Assembly (NCBI GenBank): GCA_025603075.1
Contig: MU626330.1
Span: forward strand, 1 to 64,000
Reading direction: 5' to 3'
DNA from: Neoconidiobolus thromboides FSU 785
Taxonomy: Eukaryota > Fungi > Entomophthoromycota
Length of the DNA stretch: 64,000 nucleotides
Of this stretch, positions 43,176 through 55,741 are shown in pieces. The notes under the pieces are model-generated. The model did not search any database and was not told where the DNA came from. It worked only from the letters and a program-made list of their open reading frames with translations. Each line of letters starts with the position of its first letter. Position 1 is the stretch's first letter. A program made the position numbers and the translations under genes.

Positions 43176-43798
43176 TGCTTAAAATTATACTTTTGATCCT
43201 TGATTTTTATATAGCTTATATGCCTTTATACTTTAATGATTCACACTTTTGCTATGTAATGTTTATATAGTTTTTAATCCGATGCTCCTTCTCCCTAACA
43301 ACTTGTAAAAATAAATATTACTGGTTTGAAATGAAGAAAACATTGATTTAAAATTTTCAATTTATAGTACAAATAAATTATCAAAGGATCTCATTAGATA
43401 GGTTGAGTTAGGAAGTCAAAAAACTATGTTATATTATATCATTATTTAACTAAAAGTGTCTATTTAAATAATATTCAATTACTAGGCGACTAAATTTAGA
43501 ACTATTACATTAATACTTTCATGTCATATAATATATAATTTATCATTATTCGATAATATGTCGCGTTATTATATTATTTTTACGAGAAAAATTATACATA
43601 CTCACCATATGAAATTAAAATATTAAATCTACAATTGGTAATAAAGCTAGCATTAGCTTTAAAAAGTTTTCTTAAAGGCAGCAGTATAATTAAATTTTAG
43701 TTAGCAATCTCTAAATTCAGGTCATCAATAATACTTTTAACTCATTAAGATATTTTAAAGTAAACTAATTTCTACTTATTATTTACTACATTGGTAAA

Positions 43799-44119
43799 CT
43801 AGAAAGCTTTGTTGCCCTTGTAATGTGATTTAAGCATAGATTCACGTGCACTATTTAAAGAATAAAGTATGTTTAGTGGAACCATTTTATTGCTTATATT
43901 TTTTGATATTTAGTTATATCTCTTTTTTAAAATCCCAGAAGTGGTAACATTCTTAAATGCCTTATTACTAAAAGGAAATGTATCTCTTTTTAGGCCTAAT
44001 AATTTTTTATATAAAGCAAAGATATTAAGACGTTTGGGTATATGAGTTATATTTGCTGTTGGTAATCTACTACATAAAGGATAGTGTTTATTAACCTTCT
44101 TTTTTCTCCTGAAAGGCAT
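43799..44119 (-). pseudogene. Possible degenerate HMG-box-like ORF with in-frame stop at 43910-43912
   Basis: HIPKRLNIFALYKK resembles the HMG start xIPRPxNxFxLY(R/K); frame stays open 36 codons after the stop; similarity weak. Confidence 0.3.
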
Positions 44120-45510
44120 GAGTTTGAAATGGCTTATTAATTAAAATAAAATATATATACTATAAGCAGCGAATTCTAAAAATTAGTTTATTAATAATGG
44201 CTTTATGGAAGCATAGAAAGAAAGTAAAAACCCTTTTTGTTTTTTGTGAATTGAGTAGAACAAAAATATAATAATTTTGACTCTAATCTCCATAAAGATT
44301 CCTATTGCATGAGGAGAACAGTAGAAATCAATGGGAGGAACCTATGAGCAGGATGGGTAAACTTTGGATTGGTGAACTTTTTTTGAAAGATCCATAATCC
44401 AATGGAAAGAATAGGAGTCTAGCCAAAGACAATATCTAGAAAAAAGAACTAATAATGCAAAAAATGCAAGTGAGTGGGGGAGAGGGTTGGTGAAAATAGT
44501 AAGAAAGGACAATACATATGCCCATAGATACAAGATGAGGACCAAAAAACAAAGCTATAAAAGGAAATTAAACCAAAAGAAGAATGATGAAGACAATAGA
44601 CCTTGTACATGTTTAAACTTAACAATAACAGCTTGAAAGGTGAAGATAATATGTATGTATGTATTACTAACAGAAGAAAAAGGAATTTTAGTTTAGAAAA
44701 TTTTAACATAATAAATTACTATAAGTCAAATAAAGTCAAAACGTAAGTGATACATTTTTTTGAATTTAACAGAATGAATGAACTTTAAAGCAGTTTGTTA
44801 TGACTAAAATAAATAAATCAAATAATGAGGAGGTTGATTATAAAGTAGGAATCCTCTTTCCTGTTTATTATAGAAGATCTTAGCTTTAGTTTAAGAAAAT
44901 CTATGTAATCAAAAAGTTTTCGATCTGACAGAAATGGAAAGCACAAGGGCCTTTTCGTTTCTTATCAAAGTAAGTTCCTTATGGCATTTAGAAATCGTCA
45001 ATAAAGTAGAGGAACAGAAGTCAGCAACAAACCAAGAATAACAATATTGATTTAGTTTTTAACCAAGTAATTCAACATATTTTTTGCATAAAACCTTCAA
45101 CTGATGTTTTGTTCAATTTTCACTCTAAAAGTGGTCAAAATAACAAAAAAGGCATTCTGAATAAAATTGTTGAATAAAAGTCTCAAAGAGTCAAGTGTAA
45201 ATTAGTTTTATCAATCTATGCTTAACCTCTTAGAAAAAAATCTTTAATAATATATAATTTACATAAATATTTGAATATGGTCTTTAGCTTTAGTACTTTA
45301 CTATAAAAGTAAAATAGACCACCATTATTTTAAATTTAAACGCAGACTTTAATTGTTCTATTTTTAATTGTTCAATTTTATTGGTTAAATTTAATAAAAA
45401 TAAATTGCTTACAGATCTTTATATTTTTTAATTGGATATTGAAATAATATCCTTTAACTAAATGAATTGTATTATGTAAATATTCATTTTCATTTCACAT
45501 TTTTTATTTC

Positions 45511-47277
45511 ATGGAGCAACAAGATATGTCAAATTCAAAGAAAATAGGCCATAGATGTGATCAATGTTATCAAAGTCACGTCAAATGCGACAAGTTGCTG
45601 CCTAAATGTTCAAGATGTCTTAGGAGGAAAACTGATTGTACTTTTATAAGAGAGACTGTATATAATAAAGAGATAGACGCTCAGTATGGGTCATATAAAA
45701 GGCAAGTCGCACGCAAAGTTAATGTTAAAACAGAGAAGAAATTTATATATGTAAAGGAAAATAAACTTAGTTTAAAACAACTTCAATCAAAAGGAGAGAT
45801 TGAGTATCAACTATTAAAATTACCTAAAGGTTATAATTTTTCATATAATATCCTTGGGATATTTAATAAGTTCCAAAGAAAACTATTACTGGAAAACTTG
45901 TTAAATTTTATTCAAAATCCGTCTCCATTTTTTCCTAGTAAAGGTCTAAACCTTTTCATCACATTAATAGAAAAACTGAATTTAGTATCATATAAACCTA
46001 TAAAATTGATTTCGATATCCAAGGTACCAGAGGAAACTGAACTCAATATCAGACCAATTTTAAGCCAGGCCATAGTCAACTACTTTAAAGTTATCAACAA
46101 GGTGTTCCCCTTATTCGATGAAACAAGATTCAGTTTCATTTCACGCTCGTTCCATTTAAAACTAGCAATACTTACAGGTGGGCTTTTATGTATGGAGCAA
46201 ACTAAAACAGTAAAGGGTTTAATTAAATATTTTGAGGGAGAAATTTATAGCTTTGTTAAAAATATTCCCAGAATTAAACCCAGTTTAGAAAACATACAAC
46301 TAATTCTTGTATTAGTTGGGAGTATATCTTATTTTCCATGGGTTAATAGTCTTAAAGAGTTTCTTCTATTTCACTGCTATAGAATATCGTTTATAATAGG
46401 ATTAAATCAATCTTCGAGCAAGTTATCAAGAAAAATTAATATAGAAAGGGTTTATACTTATTGCATGTTAAACTTTTATTATAATGGCAATTTAATAACT
46501 TATGGTTCATATGCTGCTGAACCTATACTTCCTTTAGAGTTGAAAAAGATAGAAAATGATTATACGTATAAATTCTCAAATTATAAGTTTAATTTTAGCA
46601 AAAATGATAAAGAGATACAACAATATTGTTTTTTGAAATTACAAGAATTTTATTATATATTGAGTACCCTATTTTTTGATTTACGATTGATTAAAGAGGA
46701 AAGTACAAGGCAAAGGGAAGATCAATTAAAATTTGACAATATTTTAAAAAAACTTTCATTTAAAGTATTGGTTATTAAAGAAAAATATACTAGGATTTTA
46801 GATGATCTTATAGTAAAAGTAGATAGTCAAGGCTTAATAGGATTTATCAAAGAGTATCAGTATTGTATTATTCATTTTTTCCACCAAGTCAATTTTTATA
46901 TTTATACTATCCAGTTTAATATATCTAAAGAAAAAAAGATTTATGAAATGCAAGAATATACAACTGGTAAAAATATTAGCATAAATACATCATATCACAT
47001 TGAAAATATACTTTTAAAGTGTTATTTAGCAATTGATAGTGCTGTTATGAATTGTCATAATTATACACTTGCCTTCGATTGTCCGCTCGTTTCTACTTGT
47101 TTGATCTTTATGATGCGGTTTGGAGGAAATAGTGAGGAGAATTTGATCTACGTTCAAAAAGGAAAAGAATTTCTACACTCTTTATTGAAGTCACCTTCTG
47201 CTATGGGAATATGTGAAATGAATTTAAAGCTCCTTGAAATCACCAGTAAGTCGCTAAATACTATTAAAATTGAATAA
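45511..47277 (+). CDS. Zn(II)2Cys6 transcription factor, intronless
   Basis: CDQCYQSHVKCDKLLPKCSRCLRRKTDC binuclear cluster; 588-aa ORF. Confidence 0.92.
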   Translation: MEQQDMSNSKKIGHRCDQCYQSHVKCDKLLPKCSRCLRRKTDCTFIRETVYNKEIDAQYGSYKRQVARKVNVKTEKKFIYVKENKLSLKQLQSKGEIEYQLLKLPKGYNFSYNILGIFNKFQRKLLLENLLNFIQNPSPFFPSKGLNLFITLIEKLNLVSYKPIKLISISKVPEETELNIRPILSQAIVNYFKVINKVFPLFDETRFSFISRSFHLKLAILTGGLLCMEQTKTVKGLIKYFEGEIYSFVKNIPRIKPSLENIQLILVLVGSISYFPWVNSLKEFLLFHCYRISFIIGLNQSSSKLSRKINIERVYTYCMLNFYYNGNLITYGSYAAEPILPLELKKIENDYTYKFSNYKFNFSKNDKEIQQYCFLKLQEFYYILSTLFFDLRLIKEESTRQREDQLKFDNILKKLSFKVLVIKEKYTRILDDLIVKVDSQGLIGFIKEYQYCIIHFFHQVNFYIYTIQFNISKEKKIYEMQEYTTGKNISINTSYHIENILLKCYLAIDSAVMNCHNYTLAFDCPLVSTCLIFMMRFGGNSEENLIYVQKGKEFLHSLLKSPSAMGICEMNLKLLEITSKSLNTIKIE

Positions 47278-47470
47278 TCAAAATCAAATACTCATTTTTT
47301 ATATTATTGGGGTTCACTTTTTTGACATTAAAATTTACTACTAATACAGTTTAAAGAGCAATTTTTTAATATCCTAAGTCAAGCATTTATAGAATATAAT
47401 ATTATTTCAAAAGAAATTAGCTTGTAGTTGAAAAGCTTGATAAAGTTATTATTTTTTACTAGTTTAAATA

Positions 47471-47570
47471 AATGGGGGTGTTTTTTTTGGTTTCATTGTT
47501 TTTTTCATCTTTTAAGCACTATTTGAGCGGAAAAATTGTTAATAAAAATAAACACAAAATAATCCCCAAA
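47471..47570 (-). mobile_element. MITE-like element copy
   Basis: TGGGGGTGTT...AAGCACTATTTGAGCGG...ATCCCCA. Confidence 0.82.
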
Positions 47571-48555
47571 TACCGTAACTCAGATTCAATAGTTAGATAA
47601 TAAATAATATTTTTTATATTATATTAATAGTTTGAATAATATTGTAATTTTTAAAAAAAATTAATAAAATAGATCTGAAGCCTATTGTTAATTTATTACT
47701 TATTTTTTCACATTTGTTTACTTATTGGCATCAAAATTCAGTAAAGTTACTAAAGTAATAATAGATTTAGTATAATAAATATCAGTTTAAACTATCCTTT
47801 TTTTTGAAATTGTGTGAAATTGAATAATTGTCAAAAAAATTTCAAAGCAGTCATTAAATCTATGGTAAATTTATTGTAGTTTACTTACAGAATAAGGTCC
47901 TAACACCTTTGGATATTTCACATATTTACAAACTCGCTTTGTTTCTGTAATAGAATAATACTTAGCATAATTTTGTTACAACTACTCTTATATAAACAAC
48001 ACAACCCTATCTACAAATAACATTTCTCCACTTTATACACAAGTTTATCCTTATAAATTCACACAGCAATTAACTTTTATTAGTCTAAATTAAACTTAAA
48101 AGCATTAATTATCATGAATTAAATATCCAGAATTCTAATTAGAAGAAGTAAATACTAATTTTGCAAATATGGCTTTTATGTAATAAATAACCATTGAATT
48201 GTTATTGAATCTTTGAGATCTAAATCGAGATTTGTTTGCTAAAATTAAGGTTCGATCTATAAAGAATTTCAAAAAATATAAATAAATAATATTGAAATTT
48301 GTATTTAGAAATTGAAACATGTACTCCAAGATTCTATTATTTCTAATTAAAACTGCCTTTTGACAAAGAAATCAAAGTATAGTATTTTTAAAAGAATTCT
48401 TTAATTTTCTTTTTATTTCTACCCATTTTCCTGGAGTTGTGATTAAAAATTTTACGATCTACAATGGAATGATTTAAGAATTACTCTCCACTTTTTATTT
48501 AAATTTGTTTGAATTTAAACTATTGTTTTAGATTTCAGTTACTAAAAATTGCTTT

Positions 48556-48589
48556 CGGGGATTTACTTTTAATATTTATAGTATATAAA
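48556..48589 (+). promoter_or_regulatory. Conserved upstream motif with TATA-like end, TspO-like copy 1
   Basis: CGGGGATTTACTTTTAATATTTATAGTATATAAA; similar blocks at 50638-50670 and 52653-52685. Confidence 0.5.
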
Positions 48590-48632
48590 GTCAAGGTACT
48601 GTGAATAGAATAATTTATAAAAATAAAATACA

Positions 48633-49484
48633 ATGGTTAATAAAGTGTTGTCTTTAAGAATATTAAACTTCGTCACTGGTTTAGCAGCCATTATTGTAAA
48701 TATTATCACAACTTTAGTTCCATTAAATGGCAGCAGGTTGAGCGATATGGACAATAATGTCAACAAAATTATGCCTGCTGGTACTGCTTTTTCAATCTGG
48801 GCCGTCATTTATATATTTAAGCTATTATTTATGAGCTATCAACTATTCCCAAGAACATATGACTTAAAATACATCAATTATGGCATCACCCCATACTTTA
48901 GTTTATTAGCTTTATTAAATATTACTTGGCTACTCACACAGGCTTATCTTAAAGATGAGTTATATATTGTGCAGCTTATTGTTATTTATGTGATGTTTGT
49001 TGTATTGTTAGTTATGTATTCAATGACCTTTAAATACATCAAGAACGACCTCATATTAAGTACTGAGTCAAATAATAATTTCTATTTGAATTATTGGTTA
49101 GGTAGAGTATGGTTATCCATCTATTTTGCTTGGATTACAGGTGCTATATGCGTTGATTCCTTCTCTGTTTTCTCTGATCTTCCAACAACAACTTATATAA
49201 GTTCTACTATCACTTTATGCTTATTAGCTATACTCACAATAGTGATAGTATTTATCAATCGTGATGTAGCTTTCAGTTTAACTTTTATTTGGACTTCAGC
49301 TTGGATCATTGTTAATCATAAAAATGTTGAAGAAGGGTATCCACTTTTTATTACTGCTTGTGTTGTTATTGCAGTTGTTTCAATTGTTACGGTTGTAGCT
49401 TTTATCTTAAATTTGAAATTTGTTTTTAATCGAAGAAAGATTAGCGAAACAGAAATTGAGAAATTGAATAATGAGATATCTTAG
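48633..49484 (+). CDS. TspO/MBR-related multi-pass membrane protein, copy 1
   Basis: MPAGTAFSIWAVIY, SIYFAWITGAI, RDVAFSLTFIW; ~8 hydrophobic segments. Confidence 0.8.
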   Translation: MVNKVLSLRILNFVTGLAAIIVNIITTLVPLNGSRLSDMDNNVNKIMPAGTAFSIWAVIYIFKLLFMSYQLFPRTYDLKYINYGITPYFSLLALLNITWLLTQAYLKDELYIVQLIVIYVMFVVLLVMYSMTFKYIKNDLILSTESNNNFYLNYWLGRVWLSIYFAWITGAICVDSFSVFSDLPTTTYISSTITLCLLAILTIVIVFINRDVAFSLTFIWTSAWIIVNHKNVEEGYPLFITACVVIAVVSIVTVVAFILNLKFVFNRRKISETEIEKLNNEIS

Positions 49485-49942
49485 AATATATATATGTTTA
49501 TTACTTAAAAGGTTCCCAAGCTGATTCAACTATTTCAAACATCTATCAAACCATAATAATTTTGACTAAATTTTTAGCTCATATTGAAGATAATGTTTTT
49601 ATTATATTTAATAAAACTTAATTAACGAAAAATTTCATTTTGAATTTATTATAATTTTCAATATTAAAAACTTATTTTTATAAAAATTTATCATATGTCC
49701 TAACATAAATTTGTTCTATTTAATTTTATTTTTAACTAATTTCAGAAAATTCTTGTTATTTATATTACTTGTATTTTTTTATTATATTTAATATATTCAA
49801 CGATTATTAAATTTAATAATAAAACTTAAAAAAGTAAAAACATGATATCACAGAGTGTCTAAAATTTTTATAGGAGTATTTATATTGTTATAATTTAAAT
49901 AATAAAAGCAAATAAGATAACAGAATTAGTAGATATACTTCA

Positions 49943-49985
49943 AAATTGTTAGTAAAATTCTTAAACACAAAAATATATCTTCATA
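49943..49985 (-). mobile_element. MITE-like element fragment
   Basis: AAATTGTTAGTAAAATTCTTAAACACAAAAATATATCTTCATA. Confidence 0.6.
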
Positions 49986-50282
49986 TAATAACTTTCTTTT
50001 TGTTTTTTCTACATTATAATATTTATATATAAAGCTTTCAATATGAGTATAAATTTCAAATTAAGAAAATTTGGAAAAGGTTATTTTAAGCTCACTTTGT
50101 TTCGGCCCTAATAACTTTATTACTTTAATTTTATTAATACAGGAGTCAAATATAATAAATTACAGATCATTTTAAACTATATCCATTAGTTTTTCTGTCT
50201 CATTTACTTTTATTGTTCAAACTATAATAATATAAATACTTTCACATAAACTTTAGATACCTTGTACTTTTGTCAATTACTG

Positions 50283-50381
50283 TATGGGGATGTATTTGTG
50301 TTTAAGAATTTTACTAACAAATTTCCCGCTGAAATAGCGCTTAAAAAATGGAAAAAATAATGAAGTCAAAACACTCCCATG
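50283..50381 (+). mobile_element. MITE-like element copy
   Basis: TA-TGGGGATGT...AAATAGCGCTTAAAAAATGG...CACTCCCAT. Confidence 0.88.
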
Positions 50382-50713
50382 TCTATTAATATTAATATAT
50401 TTATCAAATTTCAATTGCTATAATTATACTATAATTTAAATAATACCTTAAAAGTCAAGGCTTACAATATTATATAATACAATATAATCAACATAAGTTA
50501 TAAAAGACAAAACAATGTATAAATCATTTTAATAAACTGTTCATTAAAATAGATTTAAAGATTGTTACAATTTTTTACTATAACTTTATTTAAATTTAAA
50601 ACTAAAATTTTTAGGTGCATTTATTAACAAACGTCTTCGGAGATTTAGGTTTAATATCTAAAATATATAAGGAAGATTAAATTAGATCAATAATTTAATC
50701 TGCAGAAAAAATA

Positions 50714-51671
50714 ATGGCTAACAATATATTGATTTCACGAGTTCTTAACTTCATTATAGGTTTAATAACTATCATTGTAAATGGCATTATAACTGTAGTT
50801 CCAATAAATGGTGGAAGATTAATAGATAGGGATGATAGTTTAAACAAATTTATGCCATCTCCAGTTGCATTTTCGATCTAGGGTATTATTTACATATTTA
50901 AATTAGCCTTTATGATCTACCAATTATTACCAAGGACCTATAACTTAAAATATATCAATTATGGTATTACCCCATATTTCAGCACATTAGCGCTATTGAA
51001 TATGACTTGGCTAATTACAGAAGCTTACCTTAGAAATAGTTACGATTTTATACAACTATTTATCCTTTATACCATGTTTATTGTATTATTTTTCATGTAT
51101 ACAACTACATTTAGCTATATCAAAAAGGACTTCATAATGAGAACTGAATCCAGTAACAATTTTCATTTAAATTATTGGTTTGGTAGAGTATGGTTATCTA
51201 TGTATTTTGCTTGGATTACAGGTGCCATATGTGTTGATTCTTTCTCTGTTTTTTCTGACCTTCCAACATCAACTTATATAAGTTCATCTGCTATCTTGTG
51301 TTTATTAACTATAACTACAATGTTTGTACTTCATGCTAACCGCGATGTTGTTTTCAGTTTAACTTTTATTTGGTTTACGTCTTGGATTATTGTCCACAAC
51401 AAGAGTGTCAAAGAAGCGTATGTTCTTATTATCACCTCTATTATTGTACTTTCGATCATTTTAATAGCTACAGTCATTACATTTGCTTTAAATATCAAGT
51501 TTATTATTAATAGATATAGGGGAATAGAAAGTGAACCAGAAAGTGAAAGTGAAAGTGAAAGTAAAGAATTGAATTTATATTATAAATAAATAATTTTAAT
51601 CATTGTTTATAGGATTTCCAACCTTGCTTGATTACTTTAAACGTTCATCGAATTATAACAGTCTTGATTAA
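50714..51671 (+). pseudogene. TspO-related copy 2 with in-frame TAG at codon 56 (50879-50881); predicted intron 51561-51612 and last exon
   Basis: ATG 50714 gives MANNILISRVLNF...VAFSI*GIIY, in frame with ORF 50912-51589; otherwise intact. Confidence 0.7.
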
Positions 51672-52249
51672 AGTTTAGACAAGATTGAGGATTTCCAATT
51701 CTTTATTATATTTTAATGAAAGTTTAATTTTCAAAATGGACTTTACAAGAAGCTATTCATTATTTGAATTTACTCATCTTAATCAAAGTTCCCCTTTATA
51801 ACTGTCAATTTTATATAATAAACATTATCTTAAACATTTATTTAAAAACTAGTCGTATGAGCTTGCAAACCTTGTATTCTATTTTTATTTTTTATTTATT
51901 TATATAAAATTACTACTACAAATATTAGCTTTATTTGTTGTAGCTAAATTAATTACTTGGTATTTAAATCAACTTTGGGACAAAGATCGTGTTTAACTGG
52001 CTTATAAATACAATAAGGATATTTGGTCAAGGAACTTTACCTTCATAATAAATAATTTTTTAATGTCAGTTTTTATTAATACTTATTTAGAAGATATAAT
52101 ACTTTAATATCTAACTTTCGAAAATAATATTAATTGTATTGAATTTCAAAATATCTGACAGTGCTTAATCTTATATAATAAGTTTCAACAAAAATTTACC
52201 AGCTATTTAACATTCAAATGTTAAACTTGTAGTTGAAGTTTATTTAATA

Positions 52250-52350
52250 TATGGGGATGTTTTTTTTGATTTCATTACTTTTATCATTTTTTAAGCACTG
52301 TTTGAGCAGAAAGATTGTTAGTAAAATTCTTAAGAAAACACACCCCCATA
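52250..52350 (-). mobile_element. MITE-like element copy
   Basis: TA-TGGGGATGT...AAGCACTGTTTGAGC...CACCCCCA-TA. Confidence 0.88.
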
Positions 52351-52732
52351 TTATTCTTTAGAATTTTTATAAATGCACTTTTATAAAAATATAATAAAAA
52401 GTCTAATTGAAATTTATAACTATTAAATAAATTATTATCTCTAATTACAATTTTTAAAAGTGGTGATTTATGTATGATAATAATATTATTAAGTATTATT
52501 CAAGTTATAAAAATGTAAAAAAGAAGATCAAGATTTAACTCATTTTGATTGGAGTGTCCATAATAGGTGTGATAGAATAATACGTCATTTTTTTTATTTT
52601 AAACCAATTTTAATCTCAGTCAAAATTTAAGCATTATTTACTAAAATGCTTATGGAGATTTAGTTTTAATTTTTAAAGTATAAAAACACAAGCAAAATCC
52701 AATTTATTTTATATTTTATATTTTAAATTTAA

Positions 52733-53660
52733 ATGAATAATAAAATATTATTATCAAGAATATTCAACTTTGTTTCTGGTATAATTGCTCTTAGTATCAA
52801 TGGCTTTATAAAAGTAGTACCAATCAAAGGTAATAATCCAAATCAATTGATGCCATCTCCAATTGCATTTTCAATTTGGGGGATTATTTATTTATTTAAA
52901 TTAAGTTTTATGATTTATCAATTATTACCAAGAACATATACTTTAAAATATATTAATAAAGGTATCACTCCTTACTTTAGTATATTAGCTTTATTAAATA
53001 TAACCTGGTTAATTACTCAATCTCAATTTCGAGGTGCTTATTATTTTATTCAACTTATTGTTATATATTTGATGTTTTTAATATTATTTTTTATGTATAC
53101 AACTACGTTTAAGTATATTAAAAATGACCTTATAATGAAAATAGAATCTAATGATAATTTTTATTTAAATTATTGGTTTGGTAGAGTATGGTTATCTATG
53201 TATTTTGCTTGGATTACAGGTGCTATCTGTGTGGATTCCTTTTCTGTATTTTCTAGTTTTTCATCAACAAATTATATAAGTTCATCTTTAACTTTATGCT
53301 TATTAACTATAATTACAATGTTTGTACTTCACATTAACCGTGATGTTGTATTTAGTTTAACTTTTATTTGGTTTACATCTTGGGTATTAATCAATAATAA
53401 GGATATTGAAGGTAGTTATCCACTTTTTATTACTTCTATTATAGCTATTGGCATTATTTCTATTGCTTCTATTATGACTTTAATTTTAAATATTCAATTT
53501 GTTATTAATCGTAATAGAGGTATTGAAATGAATACAGAAAATGAAAGTAAGCGATTAAATTCCTAATATATTAATTAAACAACTAATATTAATATTCATA
53601 GATTTCCAAAGGCTATTCAATTATTTTAAACGTTCATCAAATTATAATAGTTTGGATTAA
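52733..53660 (+). CDS. TspO-related copy 3; predicted intron 53547-53601 and last exon 53602-53660
   Basis: MPSPIAFSIWGIIY; GTAAGC...CTAAT...CATAG intron gives an in-frame tail NFQRLFNYFKRSSNYNSLD*. Confidence 0.8.
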
Positions 53661-54487
53661 ACTTGAAGTTTAAATTGAAAGTTATCCTATTTTAATCTAT
53701 TTATATCTTAATAAGAACTCAATTTTAAAATTTTAGTTTTAAAAAATTATTATTTCTTTTACACACACTCCCTCTTACTTGAAGTTTTCTTATTTGAAAT
53801 ATTATTTTTTAGTATTAATATGATATAATAAACAACCCCTTATACATCTATTTTTAAAAAATAATATACAAGCTTGATAAATAGTAGTATTACACTTTAT
53901 CCAGTTAATTTTTTAAATTTTTATATAGGTTGCTATTAATGAATGTAAGTTAGTTTTTATAATCATGTTAATTATTTATAGTTTTAGATCAGCTTTGAAG
54001 ATAAAGTATTTAAGACTGAATAATAAATATCCTAAATATGAAGAAGAATCGAAGTTTTAATTTTATAAATAATAATTTATTATAATAATACATAGTAAAA
54101 AATAGAACTATGTATTATACAATAATGGTAATATAATATAGTAAATTAATAATTAGTACTTTATAATAATTCAGGGAGGATAAGAGATAACCAATTAAAA
54201 GAAATCAAACTTTTATAAATCCTATAAAACAAAAGATGACGAAAGACAATAATTATGGTAATAAAACTAGTATAAGCCATAAGGTTATAATAAAAATAGA
54301 ATGATAAAGAAACAAACTAATAAGATATTAATTAATAAATATGCTTATATCATCTTAATATTATAATTAAGTTGATCCTTAAAAAAGGGGGAATGTTAAT
54401 GAGTAAGTAAAAAAGAAATAAATAACCCTTTAAATAATCAAAAACATTATAAATAAACGATTAAAAGAAGAAGAAATAAATATCAAT

Positions 54488-55199
54488 ATGTTTCAAAATC
54501 AATTAAGTCCTATTATCAATAATAATTTAAGTTTAATTAAAAGAAATCAATCTGAAGATAACAATGACATTCGAGATATTCCATTTAATTTAATTAATGA
54601 TCCTATTGTTTCTAATAATGATCCTATTGACCCTAATAATATTTCTATTTATAATAGAATGCCAATAAATTATTTTAATATGCCTATCAATAATTTCAAT
54701 AATAATAATAGTAATAGTAAAAAAGCATTATTAATAGGTATCAATTATATAGGAACAGATAATGAATTAAAAGGATGTATTAATGATGTAATGAACATCA
54801 AAAAGTTTTTAATTTATAAATTTAACTTTAATCCCAATAACATCTTAGTATTAACTGATGATCAAGTATATAATCCTATGTGTATGCCAACTAGATATAA
54901 TATATTAAATGCAATGCATTGGTTAGTAAAGGAAGCAAAAGCAGGTGATTCATTGTTCTTTCATTATTCAGGCCATGGTTCACAACAACAAGATACTGAA
55001 GGTGATGAAGAAGATGGATATGATGAAACTATACTACCTTTAGATTTTGAATTGAATGGTGAAATTGTTGATGATCAAATGAATGCTATTATGGTAAGAC
55101 ATCTACCTTTTGGTGCCAAATTAACTTGTATCTTTGATTGTTGTCATTCGGGTACTGCTTTAGATTTACCTTATGTTTATTCTCATTTAGGTAAATGTA

Positions 55200-55230
<31 letters not shown>

Positions 55231-55741
55231 TTAGGTAATCTTAAAAAATTTAATATTTGGAGAACTATTTATAAATCTTTACATCAAATGGGATATTATC
55301 ATTTAACGGATATTCATTCGCCAGAAGCTAAATTAATTATTCATGATTCAATTGATAAATTACATACTACTATGGAAGCAGAAGTAAGATCCAAATTAAC
55401 TCGTGGCTCTTTAGGTATTAACTTAAAATTAATATATATTAAATATTATATTTTTATATTATTATTTATTTATTATTTATTTTCTTTTATTAAAATTAGG
55501 TGAAGTGATTATGTTCTCTGGATGTAAAGATGATCAAACTTCAGCTGATGCTCATGTTTTAGGTTATGGCTCAACTGGTGCTATGTCTCATGCATTAATT
55601 ACTGCTTTAAATTATAATACCAATATGACCTATCTTCAATTATTACGTGCTATTCGTACTTTATTAAAAGATAAATATGAACAATTACCTCAATTATCTT
55701 GTAGTAAGCCAATGAATATTAACTCTACTTTTAGTTTATAA
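54488..55741 (+). CDS. MCA1: Type I metacaspase, two introns
   Basis: KALLIGINY, LKGCINDV, catalytic HYSGHG and DCCHSG, MFSGCKDDQTSAD, QLPQLSCS. Confidence 0.95.

Noticed and set aside
44342-44709. Two overlapping hydrophobic minus-strand ORFs
   Set aside because: Pyrimidine-biased low-complexity translation with no motif.
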